A DNA stretch of 64,000 bases, taken from the NCBI RefSeq assembly GCF_964355755.1, contig NC_092671.1, forward strand, positions 26,982,070 to 27,046,069, written 5' to 3'. A program made the position numbers and the translations under genes. Origin of the DNA: Antedon mediterranea (taxonomy: Eukaryota > Animalia > Echinodermata). The notes under the pieces are model-generated. The model was given only the letters and a program-made list of their open reading frames with translations. It was not told where the DNA came from and searched no databases. This document shows, in pieces, positions 12,257 to 26,100 of the stretch (position 1 is its first letter; every line of letters begins with the position of its first letter).

Positions 12257-15200
12257 ATGGCGGACCCAGAAACAGTGGATAGCAGCGGAGAAGAGGAGAA
12301 CACAATTGCTGAAGATTTGGTTGTTACCAAATATAATTTAGCGGCTGGAATGGTGAAGGGTAAGCTAACAAATTATATTAAATTTCGGTCAAATAAAATT
12401 ATCACAAAACCGTTAACTTGTCACTTTTCTTCGCCAGCTGCTGTCATGTAAGTTGTTCGGAAACCGCGTGTTCGCGATGTTTGCTTTTCATAAATAAGGT
12501 ATTCTGTGTTGCACATTTTAGCCTAAGCATGTAAATGAATATAATTATATTTATAAAAAAAGCAATATGGTTGTTCTGTTGTTTTATTGAAGTAGTGGAT
12601 ATCTCAAATTACTCTTGCATTAATTTAACGTCCAAAATCTAGGCTAGGCTATATAAAAAGGTAGGAATTTACCCACCCGGGGTGACAAGAGTCCCCTCAT
12701 CACAAGGCTGCATTGCCTGATGATATGTGAGCTATTTCAGTATTTAAATGGTCTCCTAGGCTAGGGTGGACCATTCCAGTATTTCTTTGTGTTTTTGTAG
12801 ATTTATTTAAAATAAATAGTAATAGGCCTAGCATAGGCCTACTATTTAAATGCATTACATTAATTAAAAAGATTATGCCTTGCTAGGCTAATGCTAAAAA
12901 AAACAGACATACTAAAAATAAAATACTATCAATTAATATGCAGATTGCACAACAGTCTGAAAGCCAAAACCTTGAATTGAATCTTGCACAATTTCAGATT
13001 GAGGATTTTGAAAAAGTAATTGTTAATTCATTGTTTTTTTTAATTAAAAATTGTAAAATGAAACTGCTGATCTTAACTTAATATTGAATAACTTTTTTTG
13101 TCCAATGTTTAATTTAATTTTAAACTGACCCCACTTTCATATTTAATACTATAATAGGACATCAGTTGTCGGTCTTGTTTCCAAAATTGAAAAATTGTTA
13201 CTTACTGTACTGTTCCATATGTTTTTGTTTGTATCATTCATTAATCATTATTTATGTAAATGAGTGTAAAGCTGGTAATTGGTAAGTTTACAGAGTGTTA
13301 TGAAACCTTCATAAGCTATTATGTTAACAATTTAACATCAAACAACTACTATTTTTAAGTATCAAAATCTCATTTGAAACATGTGTTTTTGTAAATTTAC
13401 TAGATCAAGTTTTATAGCATAATTAATAAAAAAAAGCAACTAAACAGTAATGAAATGAAGTTGTGTAGTATAAAAAAAAGAAGATATAAACAGTATCTTA
13501 AACTTTGCTACACATTTAACTATAAAATCATGGTGGGGGAAATGAAGTTGGTTGTGGTATCAACATGACCTAAATTATACTGGAAGGTTTTAAACTACTG
13601 GTGTAGGGTGGGGCTAGGGAGGAACACCCTCTGGGACGTAAGTGGCATAAGAAAATGTAAACTGGTTTTTTTTTCCATTTCAGTTGTTCTTAAAAGCATA
13701 ACAGAAAAATGTGTTGATGGTGCCATTGTTCTAGAACTCTGCCAAGATGGTGATAAAATGCTTCTCAGTGAAACCTCCAAAGTTTACAAAAAAGACAAAG
13801 AAATGAAGAAAGGTATGTATAGCATTAAGGTAATGTAGTTCTAGGTGTAATAACATGTATAAGATTTATAAAATAAAAAGTGTTGTAATAAAATATTGTG
13901 TATAAATCCATGTGGCGGGCGTTTATTTCTAAATTAAGCAATTATTTTGGTACAATAAATTTCAAAGAATATTGAATAAAATAAGTGATGTTTTATTTGT
14001 TGGTTTCTTTGCAGGTATAGCATTTCCAGTTTGTTTGTCCGTCAATAACTGCATTTGTCATTATTCACCTCTGAAAAGTGAAGGGTCTGTGTCACTAAAG
14101 AATGGCGATGTTGTCAAAATGTAAGAATTTATTGTTAATTGATTCATTATGGTTTGTGAGGTAAATCTTTGATAATGTGATATTAAAACACATCCTTTAA
14201 AAACCACCCAAGTACTCTTGTTGCAGGTAAACATCAAGTCAGGACTGTTATTAGCAAGCCCTATTTACTAGCATCTGAGCCTCTGCTTGTCTGTTTTGAA
14301 AAGGGTACTTCAGGAAAAGGAAAGTTTATGTAAAGTGACTCCTTGGTTCTACGTGCTTCCAATGCTTGTAATTTTATGTCTTTTTTTGCTTGACAGTGAT
14401 TTAGGTGCCCATGTAGATGGAATGATTGCCACAGCAGCGCACACATTAGTAGTCGGCGCATCGGCAGACAATAAGATAACCGGTCGAAAAGCAGACGTTA
14501 TCAAAGCGGCGTATTACTGCTCAGAAGTAGCTCAACGTTTAGTCAAGCCAGGGAATAAGGTATGCAGTTCAAATAAATGCAATTAGTTGGTCCATATTAC
14601 ATTTAAATGTTTGCAACAATTTTACAATCCCTACAAATTAACAGGCCTCGAATTTGGAGATTTTAGGGGCAAGGCCAGTTGGCCTCTGGTTTTTTGTTAA
14701 CTTGAAGGCAGCAAGGCTAACTTGTAAGGCACAGAGGCCATTATTTAAAAGAAAATTACCGGGAAAAAAATAGGTCAAGCCTAGGCCTAGTAGTAGCCTA
14801 ATTATAATTGTGTAGAATTACGGGAAAATGAAATGCAATTGATCACTACAAATGCTATTTCTTGTAGGCTAACTTGAGGATTCCCCAGCTCCCATACGGC
14901 TGTGGTTGAGAGCGATATACATGTGATACGCAGTAGGCTATGTTTTCCAAACGGCAGCATACCCCTTAAACAACATATTTTTAATAACCACTATTTCGTG
15001 ATAACGTACCAAAAATGATATCAGATAATAATTAATGGATGCGCTTCCCAAGACAGGGCTGTGAAACGCCCAAAAAACTTCTAGGAAGCGCAAAAAATAC
15101 TGAAAATAGTGCTGCTGTGGAAATGGCCAATATTGTACTGTGTAGTTGAGAGCGAAATACACGGTTTTAATTAGACGATCAACAGTCTAGTTTTTACTTT

Positions 15201-18200
15201 AATTTAATTATTAGAACTGTAGCTAGTTCGCCGGTGGTGGAACATCGTGCCTCAAATTCATTGTAGAAAATTTATATTATATTGTTTTACGACCACCTTG
15301 TGTATTGAACATTTTAAAATTTATTTATGAAATAGGCTAAATAAAAAGATTCATGATTTCATTTATTATTTGATGAGGGAGCTTTATTCTTAGCTATTAG
15401 GGTTAAAAATAACAAAAAGGAGTAAAAAAAAAATTAAAGAAGATGAAAGGGACCTCCAGGGTAACCACAGGGGCTTGTGATTGGCAACTAAAAAGGCAAT
15501 GTGAATACAATTTTCATATGAATTTGTAAATGATTTATTTCTGTAGAACAACGATATTACTCGTATAGTTGATACTGTGGCAAAGGAGTTTAACTGCAAG
15601 CCAGTGGAAGGAATGCTTTCTCATCAGCTAAGGCAGAACGTCATTGACGGAGAGAAATCCATCATCATTAACCCTACTGATCAACAGAAGTGAGTATTTA
15701 ACATAATAACGTGGTACTAGATGACTTTCAGTAAATGTGAGAAAATTGCTAGGGTACATGTTTGAAATTGTCATAAATCTGAAATTATTTCTCAGATGTG
15801 GAGGTACTGTCCATACCTAAACTATCCAAGTGATTAAGCCCTGTAATTCAATAACTGCCCATAAACATCAAACTATATACCCCTTTTCACAGCCGAGCTG
15901 TGTCCGGATAGTTTTACTTTTCACACCTGATTTAGTAATCCGGGAATGACACAGGTTGCTTGTATTTGCACTGCAAAATACCAACCCGTGTAAATGTTAT
16001 AGATCAATCGAGATATTGCTCTCACGCCTTAAGAGACACCCTAGTAACGGCATGCTCATTATACCTCCTACAATCTTTTTATGGCAATACACACAAAAAT
16101 TGAGTTTTACACCGCAAACACGGGTTCATCCCGGGTTGACTTGACGCTGAATACTATCCGCATCACTTACCAGGTTGGTTCAGCAACCCGGGTAACTTTT
16201 ACGTCGTTTGCAATGACCTACATTTCCGCATTATTCCATCCCGGGTATAAGATAAGATAACTTTGATTGATCCTCAAAAAGGAAATTCATTGCTCGTCAA
16301 CACAATAAATACAAAAAAATTGGTAGAACAACCATTCACATAAAAACATCTAAAAAATACAAAATAAGTTAAGTTATTATCATCTTGACTTCCTGTTGTA
16401 CTGGATGATACCGGAAGGGATAAATTAAGGATTTACAAGGAGGAGCTTCAATCTACCACTTGGATTAAGTTGGTCTTGATTACTTTGTGGAGAGGATGAG
16501 AGGCATCAGACTCAATGCGTTCGAAATCTTTCTGGATGTGTTCTAGGTACACATCGGTAATGGAAGGTAGTTCCAGACCAGTCATTTTACCAGCCCGGCG
16601 GATGAAAGTTTCAAGGCGTCCTTCATTCCCTCCGGTAACATTACCAGCCCAACAGGAGAGGCAGTACGTCCAAACACTACATACAACGGATTTATAGAAC
16701 GAAAGTAACATCAGTTCACCGGAGTTAAATTTAGATAAAGTTCTCATACAATACATACATTTAATTTTTTGCTGATGAAGTCTGTATGGTCTCCCCAACT
16801 TAGTTTATCATTGAAGACAATTCCTAGATACTTGTACTGGTCAACAACTTCAATTTCGTTGCCTTTGATAGTGATTAGTTGAAAATTAAATTTATATTTA
16901 GTCCTAAAGTCAATGATCATCTCCTTTGTTTTTGATGCATTTATTTGGAGATAATTATCGTCACAAAATTTAACAAATCTTTGTATTTCGCTACGATAAT
17001 TTTTATCATTGTTTGAAACTATGAGACCAATAGTACTAGTGTCATCAGCAAATTTAACAACAGGGCAAAGCTCATCATTTAAAGATCAGTAATCGGAAAG
17101 TAAGAAAGAAAAGTTATAAGTACACTTTTGTACATAAATAATACATTTAAATTGGCTTGATTTTTCAGAAATATATTGTACAATAGCAGTTTGGAATTGC
17201 CTCCCATAAAATAAAAAATCTGTATGGTTTTTCTTAATGCATCATCTCTATTTAAAATGTTTATTTTATTTTCCAGAAAAGATCACAAAGTGTGCGAATT
17301 TCAAGTACATGAAGTGTACGCTGTTGACGTCTTAATAAGCACTGGTGAAGGCAAGACTAGAGAGGGAGACGTTAAGACCTCCATTTACAAGGCCACTGGC
17401 GAACAATACTCACTGAAAAGCACAGCAGCCAGGCAGCTGTATGCCAAGTATGACAAACACATGCCTGCATGTTTGAGGTAAGGCCACTAGTGATAATGAA
17501 TAAAATGGCTTCTTTTTAGTGTAGTGGTGAGAAATGCAAAGAGTGTATATGATGTGGCTCTGTCAGCTAAACTGGTGAAAGTTGCTTTTCTGTAATTTAA
17601 CTGGCAGGTCAGAGTTCATGAAAATTTAAGTTACGGTACAGTGCGACGTGTGACAATAACATGCCTTTGTTTCTATGATACAAAGATTTGTGTTCAATGC
17701 CTCCAGGTTTGCTTTTTTTTTCATGGGTGCATATTAGCTTAAAGATCTTAAAATACATGTCTTCTTAATGTACATATACACCTGGTGTATGTGAGAATAA
17801 AGAACAATTGAATTGAAAAATTGAATTTGTATAGGATAAAAGTATTTTTCTTCAATTACAGAGATTATGAGGAAGCAAAAGCCAGGCTAGGAGTATCAGA
17901 ATGTGTACGACATAATCTGTTGCAGCCATACCCAGTACTTTATGAAAAACCAGGTAAGACTCTTCTCATATTTGTATACAAGGGTGTTGGTGAAGTGGTC
18001 TCCCATTATATAAAGAAGAAGAAATAAAGATAATTTTCAATTTATGTAGCGCAAAACACAGGGCGCCTAAACAATCAACAAAGTCAAAATGTAAATAGCA
18101 CAAAATTAATTAATGTTGAAATAGACAAACTATTGTGGGCGAAGGTAGTATATCAAGTTTGTTAAATATATTCTTTGTTTTGGCCGACAGGGGAATTCGT

Positions 18201-20115
18201 TGCACAGTTTAAATTCACTACTCTTTTGATGCCAAATGGGCCTCATCGTATAACAGAGGACAAGGTGAATCTAGATTTGTACGACTCCGAATATGCCATT
18301 AAAGATGAAGAAGTAAAAGTAAGTTACAACTTATTTTTCTATTGCCAATAAAAAAGTAAATATAAGTCCATTTTTAGAAATAAATGTATTTATTGCAGGA
18401 GAAACTGGACTATTTAAAAACATGCAATATAACAAAACAAAATGGAAAATAAACCATTTTAGCTGAACTTTTATAACTCCAGCACAAAAGCATCAATTTG
18501 TGCCCTTTTTTTAAATACTTCCTTCTTTTTCTAATTTCTTTTGTTTTATATAAGAAAAATGTGTGTATCTATTTATCATCAATCGTTATCGCCATAGTGT
18601 AAATGGGTCCTTAGCCCAACAAAATGAAAACTTCTTAAAGCTCCATAATTTCAACTTGAGAACTAGGAATTTAAAAAAAAAGTACCACAATACTTTGTAC
18701 GTTTTGATTTACATTAAATAATTTCAATGCCATTGTTTTTTTACAGAATATTCTTTCAGCCTCGACCAGTCGTAAAGCTGCAAAGAAAAAGAAAAAGAAG
18801 GTATGCAAGATCACGAAAAACTAAATTGTATTGCTTGCTTTGTATTTTTTTTTTGCATGAAAATGTCCATAATTACTATATACCATGCAGGACAATTTTA
18901 TAAATATAAAAGGCAAATTACTGAAAAAATGACAATGCTGTATTAGTGGCTGGATCTCAAAGGAGATGCAAATATAATAAACTAAATTTTAAACAGCCAG
19001 AAAATAATTTGTGTAACCTAAAATGTTATGTTGACACGGAACTCAACTTTGTGTCGACGTGTACAGAACCAAGCTTATTTCCTTTCAGTTGTCATTGTTC
19101 TACTTCGAGCACATACCGATTCCTATAAAACCACGAAGTGCGTCATGCGCCATGACAAGTTGCAGTGAAGTAGCACTCGTACACTGGTTCCGTTAAGTTG
19201 ATATAAGCGCTCTCACGCAAATACAGTCGAATTCGCGTAAGTCGAAAAATCGCGAAAGTCGAATTTTTATGAGAGTCCCAATTCTTTCCTATACATTACT
19301 GTGTAATTTTTATTTGTAAGTCGAATTTTTCTAAGTCGAAATTCGTCGACGTCTTTTTGCAGTCCGAATAAACACATTCTTTAGTGATTTATATCGTATA
19401 AGTCGAAGTCACAAATCACGCGGCAACAACGCGCTTAAAAAGCCGATGAAACGTACGTAATTCGATAAACAAACGACAGAGGAGATAATGTGGGACCATG
19501 TCGGTTCTTTCAAGCAGGTTGTATAGTATAGGCGGCGTCCTACAACTCGCGCTAGTGTATAGTGTATGAGTTGTTTCAGAGGTGAGAACTTGAGCGGCGT
19601 TTTGTGGGTACCCATTTTGTGCTAGACAGATGGCAATAAACAATGGATACCGATTTCGAATAAGAACGGAAATGTATTTATTATACGTTTTCGTATTGTT
19701 TCGGGCTTAAACCATAAAAGAAAATACAGTTTATCATTGCCGATAAGAGGCTTAGCATTTATTAGGCCTAGCTAGCTAGCTAAGCCAACTCAATTCAAGA
19801 AGGCTCATCGCGTGGGCCGCGACAGGGCAGGGTCTACTAGGCCTAGCCATAGCGCGGCTAGTGAGTGAGCCTAGGCCTAGCATTTTTTTGCAAATCTGTA
19901 AGTCGAAGTTCGCGTAACTCAAATTTTTATACCGGTCCCATTAGATTCGACTTAGGCGGAGTCGACTGTAGTTCCTTTTAGTTAAGGCGAGTTCCGCGTC
20001 TACATAAGCCGCCTGCCTTAATAATATGTAAAATATTTGTGTTTTTGTTTAGGCTGCTAGCAAAGCTGCTGAAGCAGCTGAAGACCCAGAACCACCTGAA
20101 CTAGTACAGAGTTAA
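12257..20115 (+). CDS. PA2G4: Proliferation-associated protein 2G4 (EBP1), 393 aa
   Basis: Exons 12257-12359, 13684-13812, 14015-14120, 14397-14559, 15547-15689, 17277-17477, 17862-17953, 18191-18318, 18747-18800 and 20053-20115 (1182 nt, in frame, all GT-AG). Motifs include [90 protein letters not shown] and the C-terminal [10 protein letters not shown]. Confidence 0.97.
16247..17090 (-). mobile_element. 5'-truncated non-LTR retrotransposon (Rex1/Babar-like RT C-terminus) in PA2G4 intron 5
   Basis: Minus-strand translation [63 protein letters not shown], frameshifted into ORF 16448-16798. (TCTTA)n tail at ~16247-16260. Confidence 0.85.
19025..20006. mobile_element. MITE with TIR TTATGTTGACACGGAACTC / GAGTTCCGCGTCTACATAA, interrupted by a pogo-like element
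   Basis: Imperfect inverted termini flank the 19224-19968 insertion. Confidence 0.55.
19224..19968. mobile_element. Tc1/mariner (pogo/Tigger-like) non-autonomous element
   Basis: TA|CAGTCGAATTCGCGTAAGTCG ... CGACTTAGGCGGAGTCGACTG|TA with a TA TSD and repeated internal TAAGTCGAA motifs. Confidence 0.85.
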
Positions 20116-22959
20116 AAGGCTGGAGAAACACTAGTAACCAGCTAACAAACCAGTCCTCATCTTGGCCTAGCCTAAATCCCAGCTGTGTAGTTGGATGTAC
20201 TGTACTTCCAAATTGTTGGGCTCACTACTATGCTCGCTGCTTTTAGAGTGTGCATGTGGTTGGGATAACAGTTCACAGTGAAGTTTTGGTTGTAGATCAA
20301 ACTTTTTTATTTATTCCTATAAAAATTTTGCTATAAAATACCACAGAAGCCATTAATTGAATTAATTTTTAAAATTATTTTGGTTTATATTATAAAACTG
20401 CATTTGAATTCATTTCAATAGAAACAGAAAATGTATTTAGTTGTTCTAAATATCTTTAAAAGATAAAAATGATTTCAATAGAAAACGCATTTTAAAACTG
20501 TTTTTAAGTGTACGTATAATCGTAACAAATGTTCTTTAAAATCAATTTTACAAAGGTAATAAATTTATATTTTACAACTAATAGTGGGAAAATATAAAAA
20601 AGTATATTTTCAAAAAAACTGAAAAGAAGTTTGATATCGCAACAAAATGTTGGGGTGCTAGTATGTTTAAATCATTGTGGACATTCTGTATAAAACACTT
20701 ACAAATAAAAGCAAAACTTTAGTGTACACCAGTTTAAAATTGAAATTCATTGATTTTATTGTCTACTCATCACAACTCAATTAAAACATGTCTATTATTG
20801 AAAGCGTTAGTGTATGTTCATGCTCATACTGTTAAGGAGTGTCAAGGCAACACGGCCACACAACAACTGTATTGCCTTCAGTAAAAATAAAAGGTATGTA
20901 TGCTAGAGCAAGACTTTTCACACGTCCACCTTTGAATAACGCCCCTTAAAAAACATAATTTTGAATGAATCGCCCTGGGGCATTTATTGTGATTGTCAAA
21001 GATCATCTGATTATTTTTTGGGTTTTCTGTAATTTTTGTGTCTTGTGTATATCTAAAACTTGCAAAGATAACATTTTGTAACTTTCTCAACATATCTTCA
21101 TTCAAGTTGTGTGGCTAACATTTTCATGACGTTTACAATTGCGCAACGTGACTTGGGCGTGATTTTATGAATTTCATGATTTTAACATAGATCGAAAACA
21201 AAATAACATTTTAAATTAGCAGAAGTGTAATTTATATCATGAGCTAACTTTCTGTTTAATAAAAATGCACACGAGCCATCGAATTGGACAATTCCTGTGC
21301 GTTTTTGATGAAAAGGTTAAAAAAATTGATGTCAAAATTATGCCTTTTTTTAAAAACGTCATAACGTGTGGCGTCCATAGTGACGATTTCAAATCTAATT
21401 TGATTATACATTTTAGCATATTGCACCAACTAAAAGCCTTTATTCAATGCCACATTGCAGTGCATCATGGTCTGTAATTCAAAATAAAGTTAAGACTGAA
21501 TTTGTACTATCCATTTGCGGTTTTATTGCACAAAGTGATAAATATTACAAAAAACCATCAAACCTATTTCTACTTACATTACAAGGTGCTTAGTTATGAA
21601 TAATAAATAAAAGGTTAATTTTAAATTCACATACTTCTCTGTAGTGCATCTTCACATATGGCATTTGTCTAGTAATACAGTGTCACATATTTATCACATT
21701 TTTTTTTCTTTTATTTATTTGTGTTTTTGTGCGCTTTGTTTATATGGATAGCAATGAATATTATAATTTATGTTTACTAGGCTTATGGACCTATAAATTA
21801 ATTTTGTATAGGTCCATGGATACATAACATCAAATGTGACATTGTATTATAGATAAAGTAGGCCTACAGCAGTGAGAGTCCGCAACTTCTCTAGATAGGC
21901 TGAGTTTGGGGTTAGTTGCAAGGGCAAGCATACCCTTCGATCAATCTACATGTGCTATCAAAACCACAAAGTAATTAAAATTAGCTTATTCATTGTCCCA
22001 TGAGAATATCGAGGTAGCATGAAATCAGCCACCTATAAAATTACTGCTAATTTCCTCTGATTTTCAGTAGGCATATTAATAGCATTCTGCACATAAAAAA
22101 AATGACTATACCAGTAGATATTAAAATACTAGGAACTAACTACTGTACTGTATCAGTTGGCTACAAAAAAGTAACTGATCAATGGTACTTTAGGTACTTG
22201 TGTTGGAATTACTGACAGTTATTTTAGTGGCCCCACCTTTTGAATGCTTATGCCATGATAAAATACAGATATTTGGTGATACAGTATTTGAAGAAATTAT
22301 TATTTCAAATTAACATTAACAAGTGAATTATAAATATTTTGAACCACCATATTTTCTCACAGATTTACAGTAATACAAGTTTAAATTGTTTAGTTTGTAA
22401 GTAGTATTTACATAGTTGTTTTGATGGTTATGCATCCGCTAAATTCTAACTGCTGACCAGTCCAATACATAGGCTACCACTTACATTTTGCTCAAAAAGC
22501 TTGATCAAAATATATTATGACACTTTCAACTTTTTCTTATGTGTTTATTCTGTATTATGGTACTTCTAGATGAAAAATGAAATTGACCCTGTTGCTTACA
22601 TCTATAAAACATCAAGTGGTAGTTGTATTTGGACTGCTCATGCACTGGGGCCCCTGGCTTTAGCGCTCAGCCATTACACCACTGACACCTAACCATTTTA
22701 ATTGTACTAATATTTATAAAATGCTATACTAAAATCCTTCCATTGCACAGGGAAACAAGGTTTTGAATATTTTTTTTGCTGTAAAATTCAAGCAAAGTTT
22801 ACCAATACAATAAAATAATAATACATCTAAAATAACTATCAATCAATTTTAAAACTTATACATTCCACTTATCTAGCACACAAGGTAGGGTGGATTTGGT
22901 ACTTTTTGGGCGTGAGCAAGAAGATGGCTCCACACACCAAATTTATAACCGACAAGCTA

Positions 22960-23130
22960 GTTTTAGTTGGTAGATTCCTGGTTTTCTTGGAATCAGTTGG
23001 TACAGTTGTTGGCATGCCATAGATTCCTGGTTTTATTCTTTGAGTTTCACAGGAATCAGTTGTACACTTGTTGGTGTTGCTGTAGATTTCCGGTTTTCTT
23101 GGAATCAGTTGGTACAATTGTTGGTATTTA
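22960..23130. repeat. Degenerate tandem repeat just downstream of the predicted sarcoglycan stop
   Basis: Recurring TAGATTCCTGGTTTTCTTGGAATCAGTTGGTACA motif, about 3 copies. Confidence 0.65.
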
Positions 23131-23174
23131 CATTGTACATTTTCCCTTTCATTAGGGTAAATTCAAAATCGGTT

Positions 23175-26100
23175 TTAAGCTGTAGATTCCCGGCTCCTAA
23201 GGAAAGCTGATGGAGATGAAATCTTTCTAGATATGCCTGTTGGAAAAAAAATCTATGATTTTGAGGTTAAAAAATGAAAACTATACTTTTATACTTTTTT
23301 TTCTTGTATTGAATCAACAAATAAAAAGAATGTACACAATAAAATTATTTGCACCATATATGAATTAGTATAAAGTATTAATAAAGCAACATGAATGAAG
23401 CAATGGAATTAGTTATTATTATAATATGAAATGGGAATGATGGATTTTATGGTTTGAAATAGAAAAGATCTATAGAATATGTTTAGAAAACATGAAAATT
23501 AAATATTACCAGGTTTTAAAACTGGCTCAGAAGGTTGTGCAGTCATCCCCGGTTCACTACATAGAAACAAACATGTTCAAGAAAAGCAAACAACATTTGC
23601 ATTATGATTAACTGAGTAGCATAATGAATTTATTATAAAGCATTGCAATGACTTAAAGAAAAAAATAAAATAGTATTAAATTCGTATTTGTATTTTGTAG
23701 TTTTATTTTTATTTATTTATTTATTATTTTAAGGCCAATTTACACAGATGAGTGGTAACAGTAAGCGGTAAGCGGAAAACAAAAATATAGAGTCTATTTT
23801 ATTTCTTATGAACATTTCTAAAAACGGGCGGTTGAGCAAAAACCACCTTAGGATAGATAGATTCTATGTGGGACAAGCATACTCATCTATGTAAATTGGC
23901 CTTTAAGCGTGGTTCCCACTAGGACGCAACACAACAGTTTCTTTCTGATTGGTCAAATTGCTTATGGAACTGTCTAAGCTAGCTGTGGAAGTTGGAATAT
24001 AATATATAAATATAACAACAGGTGTGAATGTAGCTTTAGAAGTCGTATACAGCCATCTAAAAAGTGATCTTATAAATTAAACATGTAATGAATTGTATTT
24101 GTTAAAACGTGAGAGTGTAGGTGTGATACAGTAGGCGTATAGCACATCTTGATTAAATTTTGTTTGGTTTTAATGAAATGAATAAATGCAACAATGAGTG
24201 GAAGTTAATATTACTAGCAGTTTTCCGTTTAATTAATGAATTTATGATGCCTAGCTCTCTCTGCAACTTCATTTTCAAATTTGTTTAAAATATACAATAC
24301 ATCCAAATATATCCAGACTAATGACTGTTTTAATCATGTGGTTTATGAGGAGATAGATTTTGTATCTCTCTATTGAGATCAAGCCACAGAATTTATATTA
24401 CAGTATATTTAGTATAGGTTGTAGACAGCGATTTAGCATAATATTTTTTAATAAAAGGTAAAATATTTTTGCACACATGGCATATACCCTAACTATATTT
24501 AAACTGGAATGTAGTTTTTTTTAAATGCCTGCTGGTGGTGCTACATAAAAAGAAGACGTAATATGTTTAGCGAAACAACAATGATGTTAATATTGAATTG
24601 TTGGCCTACTGTTTGTACTAGTGTTGTCTTACACATCATAAATTCTTGAAAATTAAAGTTATTGGTAAACTGTCATACAAAATTCCAATCAGGAAAACTT
24701 TGGAATTGATAAATATAACAGGAAAACATAACAATAAAAAGCATTTTAACGGTTTTGGTCAAATTTAATCACAGTTTTTAGATTATTTCTATGCGGTAAG
24801 ACAAATACAGTAGATAAGCGTGAAGTCGTCATGCTGGAGCCGGATCTAATTATTTATTGAGGTTTGATCAATTAAAGTCAAAATTAATCAGCATAAATGC
24901 ATGAATTCTGTCGTTTCAGATTTAGAAAATTGCTTTAATTGTAGTACAGCCATTGAGTTTAATAGTGTAAAAAAACAATGTAAAAGCTCTGCCTTGGTTT
25001 TATAGAAATAAAATGGAATTTACACATTGTAAAAAAGTGTATATTTCATGTATTTTTTTATCCAATTTAATGATGTAAAAACTCAAATCTTTATATTATA
25101 CCCAACTAAATACTATTCAGTTCTTTTGATTTGGAAAATACATTGTACAAACCAGCTTTAGTAAAGGGCAAGGCAACTTGTTGAGATTTCAAGCTGAAGT
25201 AATGGTATATACTGTACAGGCCTAACTAGACTAGCTTGTGGCGATTGTTTCCCCTGTAGTAATTTGGTGCGCTATACTCTATATTTACGCTATATTTTGA
25301 ATAGTTAAAACTATTTTGTGTACCAATTTACTATGCTAGATATTATCATATATTAACTATTTCTCTAGCAATCTTTTTACAATTTTTTACGTTAAACCAG
25401 TCTGGCAATTGCTATGATCTCTGGTAAAAATGGGAGATATTTAGTTTTCAGCAACTGGATTGATATGATATGAGCATTGACTATTCAATTTTGATTAGCA
25501 ATTTGCTATGATGCTCTGGAAAGAGATCATATATTAACTAACCATTCTCCAGTGGAAATGCTGGATGAATGTAATTTATCAACAATGCTATTTAAACTGT
25601 ATTCTGTTTGAAACCGATACTAATATAATGGCTTTCTTTCTTGGTTATTTCCTAATTATTCATCTATTCCTTGTTCTTATTCCCTTTTGAATTTCTACAA
25701 TTAGTTACAAATGTAGTAAGAAACAAAAAACATTTGGTATTGGTTTGTGAAAAGTTAGAGCGTAACATGAGAAGTTATAGAACTGTCAACATGAACTAAC
25801 TGTAAGGGTTTAAATAGCATAAAACTAAGTTGTAAAATACAGGTTTTTCTTATTAGTAAGTGGCGTATTGAAGATTTAAAATATGGTTAAAATAGTAAAT
25901 GAAATGCTGATAGACAGATAATAAATGTTTATGAGTGCAGTACAAATAATTTCATGAGTTGAAAGATTTCATACTTCACCTCACGAAATAATTTAACTTT
26001 TAGTGTTAATCTTTTGCAATACTTTTGTCTTTGTGATGCCACCGACAAGCGTGCACACAAGGTAACACAATGTTAATAAGCACAAACATGAACATAGTCT

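Noticed and set aside
13530-13650. Hairpin plus AAATTA box in PA2G4 intron 1 as an H/ACA snoRNA
   Set aside because: There is no properly placed terminal ACA box and the second hairpin is weak.
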